A stretch of 64,000 bases of DNA, taken from Alloascoidea hylecoeti. Taxonomy: Eukaryota. Numbering within the stretch: the stretch's first letter is position 1; every line of letters begins with the position of its first letter. The position numbers and the translations under genes were made by a program. The DNA is taken from the NCBI GenBank assembly GCA_001600815.1, contig BCKZ01000035.1, positions 1 through 64,000 on the forward strand, in the 5' to 3' direction. The notes below the pieces were generated by a model. It worked only from the letters and a program-made list of their open reading frames with translations. It had not been told where the DNA came from and searched no databases. This document shows, piece by piece, positions 61,831 through 64,000 of the stretch.

Positions 61831-62460
61831 ATAATAATCTAGTTTATCAAAGAAAATCTTTCCGATGAATTCACTCGCTTTTTCAAATTTAGAATCGTAA
61901 ACTTCAGGTGTTTGAGCCTCATTCCATCTTGGATTAATTCCAGATATAACTGATGGTAATGAAATTCCAAAACTTTTAAATTTACTTTTTGCTTTCACTT
62001 CATATTCATTTATACCATTATCATTTGCATCAATTGCTTCTAAAAATTCTTTATAAATTTTAAAATATAATATTTTAATATCTTGTTCATTTTTGAAATT
62101 AAAAATTTCTTGGATAACTTTTTCACCAAAATGTTTCCAAATTAATCCAGCTGAACTTAATTTTGTATTAAAACCTTCAATTTCATTAAAAACTTCATTG
62201 AAACCTCTTTGATGATGATCAAATTTTTTTTCTAATAAATTATATTCTGCTCCAACATCAACAATTATATCACAATTTGATAAAATCTTTAAATCTCTTG
62301 ATCTAATAATTGTTGCTTCTTTATATTCTTTTAATTGTTTTAATATATATACTGCTAATGCTTCATCTGCATGAAATGTTCCATTATGTGTTCCAATTGT
62401 AACCATTTTTGTAAATTTTTTAATTGATGAAAATGAATTCGTTCTCAATTTTTTATACAT
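61435..62460 (-). CDS. MYG1: Myg1 (UPF0160) 3'-5' exonuclease
   Basis: IGTHNGTFHADEAL, DVG..FDHHQ, KLSSAGL, AIDANDNG, PWKEHL, LPEAWRGLRD, FVHASGFIGGN. Confidence 0.95.
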   Translation of the reverse strand: MYKKLRTNSFSSIKKFTKMVTIGTHNGTFHADEALAVYILKQLKEYKEATIIRSRDLKILSNCDIIVDVGAEYNLLEKKFDHHQRGFNEVFNEIEGFNTKLSSAGLIWKHFGEKVIQEIFNFKNEQDIKILYFKIYKEFLEAIDANDNGINEYEVKAKSKFKSFGISLPSVISGINPRWNEAQTPEVYDSKFEKASEFIGKIFFDKLDYYGKAWLPAKNLVYEAVFKSQQENICDGKIVVFDGFLPWKEHLYETEKEMDIAGKILYVLYPDSNGGWRVQAVSESHDSFASRKALPEAWRGLRDGELSEKSGISGGVFVHASGFIGGNQSKEGALQMAEQAV

Positions 62461-62465
62461 TTATT

Positions 62466-62486
62466 GAGATGAGTTGAAATTTTTTC
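62466..62486. promoter_or_regulatory. Adjacent PAC-like (GAGATGAG) and RRPE-like (TGAAATTTTTTC) elements upstream of MYG1
   Basis: The motif pair is typical of ribosome-biogenesis regulon promoters in budding yeasts. Confidence 0.6.
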
Positions 62487-64000
62487 CATTAATTATCATA
62501 GTGGCTAGTAAACATCCTTACAACTTTATAGTATGAAGATAACAATCTATCAATTTCATAATGATAGCAATTACAACCTAAATTTTATATAATCTTTGAT
62601 ATTTAAATGCTTAACTTTACAAATAAAAAATATTGTTGAAATTGTATATCTACAACTAATGATAACTGTGATGTATCAACTAATTCATTTCACCCAATTA
62701 GGATTGCCACAAATAATCCCACTTCAAACTTAATGGTGGACTTGTAAAAACCCGGGATAAATATTTGAAACTTACGGAATACATTTGAGCTAATATTAAC
62801 AATCAAGTTACTGAAGCTGAAATCAAATCAAGACAGGTCGTGAGAGTTCTTCAATTATGGTTGAGTTACTGATGATGAGCTCGCAAATCTTAATTATTTA
62901 CAAATTTGGAGTTAGTGGATTTAAAGAACGTTACAAAAATTTAAAAAAAAACAAATATCGTACACTTATTAAGAGAATTTTAAACTTAAGTAGATTTTAT
63001 TATGTAGAAACTTATTGAATTCGAAATACAGATCGATTATGGTATATTTTTGTTGTAATAAAAATAAAGTAGAGCAATATATAATATTAAATAATCATAC
63101 CATTCCAACTATAATATTCAACTCTAATACCCAACTCTAACAAGAAATGTAGTGTCGGTAGAAATACCTATTATCTAAGCCCTTGAGCGTGGTATTTTTC
63201 AACACGGCAATGATTCAATTCAAAATTCAAGAAAACTTAGACTAATTTGGCCAATTGGAGAAAAATCAAGTGGAAACAGCCGTTGGACTACGAGGTAGTA
63301 CGGGCTCTCCAGACTTAACCCATTGAAAAAAGTTTAAAACTGACCCGATAAACAAGCACCCAAAGTTAACTACAATGAATGATGTTATCAGCAAGGTCAA
63401 GAATCGTCTTATAGAAGTACTGCCAGATATATGTGATCAGCTAGATCAATCGCTTTTTGATCAACTTATCGCATACAGGCCAATGCGTCTAAAACAACAA
63501 AAGAGGAACAAGTTGACTCCAGTTGTCTTCAGTGATAGTTATACAGACCAGGCATAGTGATTTTTCCGTGGGAATTGGTCTATAAAATTGTGTGTTTTTT
63601 AGATCTAGAGTGAAACAAAGGTACTCACTTAATTCTTCCGTGTAGCCGGTAAGAACACAGGGATATCCATTACAATTGTTGGCTACTAGTCTGGGGTTTC
63701 ATGTAATAACCAGTTATATTACTTCTTCTCCAGATTATCTATAACTAGCTAGCACCTCAGCTAGTAAATGGTGTCAGATAAATCTTTTTGTGTGCCAACT
63801 ATGTATGTTGTAACAATTTTTACACGCAAACCGGTGCCTACACGCGCATCTAAATAAAGTTTAAAAAATTAAATTAAAAAATGAAATAAACAGATAAACA
63901 ATTATAAAAAAATATCAAAATATAGAAATATAAAATCAGATCAAAAAAGTCTGAACATTAACATCATAACTAGTAGTAACGTTAACCAAATTTAAAATAA

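Noticed and set aside
60938..61832. Cluster of overlapping short ORFs
   Set aside because: By-product of local high GC (few stop codons) and of antisense to MYG1; the same applies at 44157-44536.
62690..63557. Coding-like fragments near the right edge
   Set aside because: No recognisable motif or internal homology; cannot support a call.

Overview
AT-rich budding-yeast (Saccharomycotina-like) genomic DNA with several short spliceosomal introns. CTG codons fall on conserved Leu positions, so the standard code applies. Core genes: LYS2, GAL11/MED15 (KIX domain split over 3 exons), a PAS kinase, a GRE2-like reductase, a class-3 lipase, a CDC25-like RasGEF, PMR1, BEM2 and MYG1. Accessory content: two paralogous Flo11-domain adhesins with duplicated long upstream regions, and F-box/WD40 and other pseudogene relics. 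Two features stand out. (1) A 4-exon DUR31-type sodium:solute symporter carries a TPP-riboswitch aptamer plus anti-aptamer complements in intron 3, and a late frameshift. (2) A 2.83-kb Ty1/copia derivative lacking RT has a 46-bp palindromic 'mini-LTR', a duplicated primer-binding site and a 158-bp fold-back arm. It is inserted with a 5-bp target-site duplication into a secreted EEP-family gene. All family calls come from motif recognition by eye; no searches were run.
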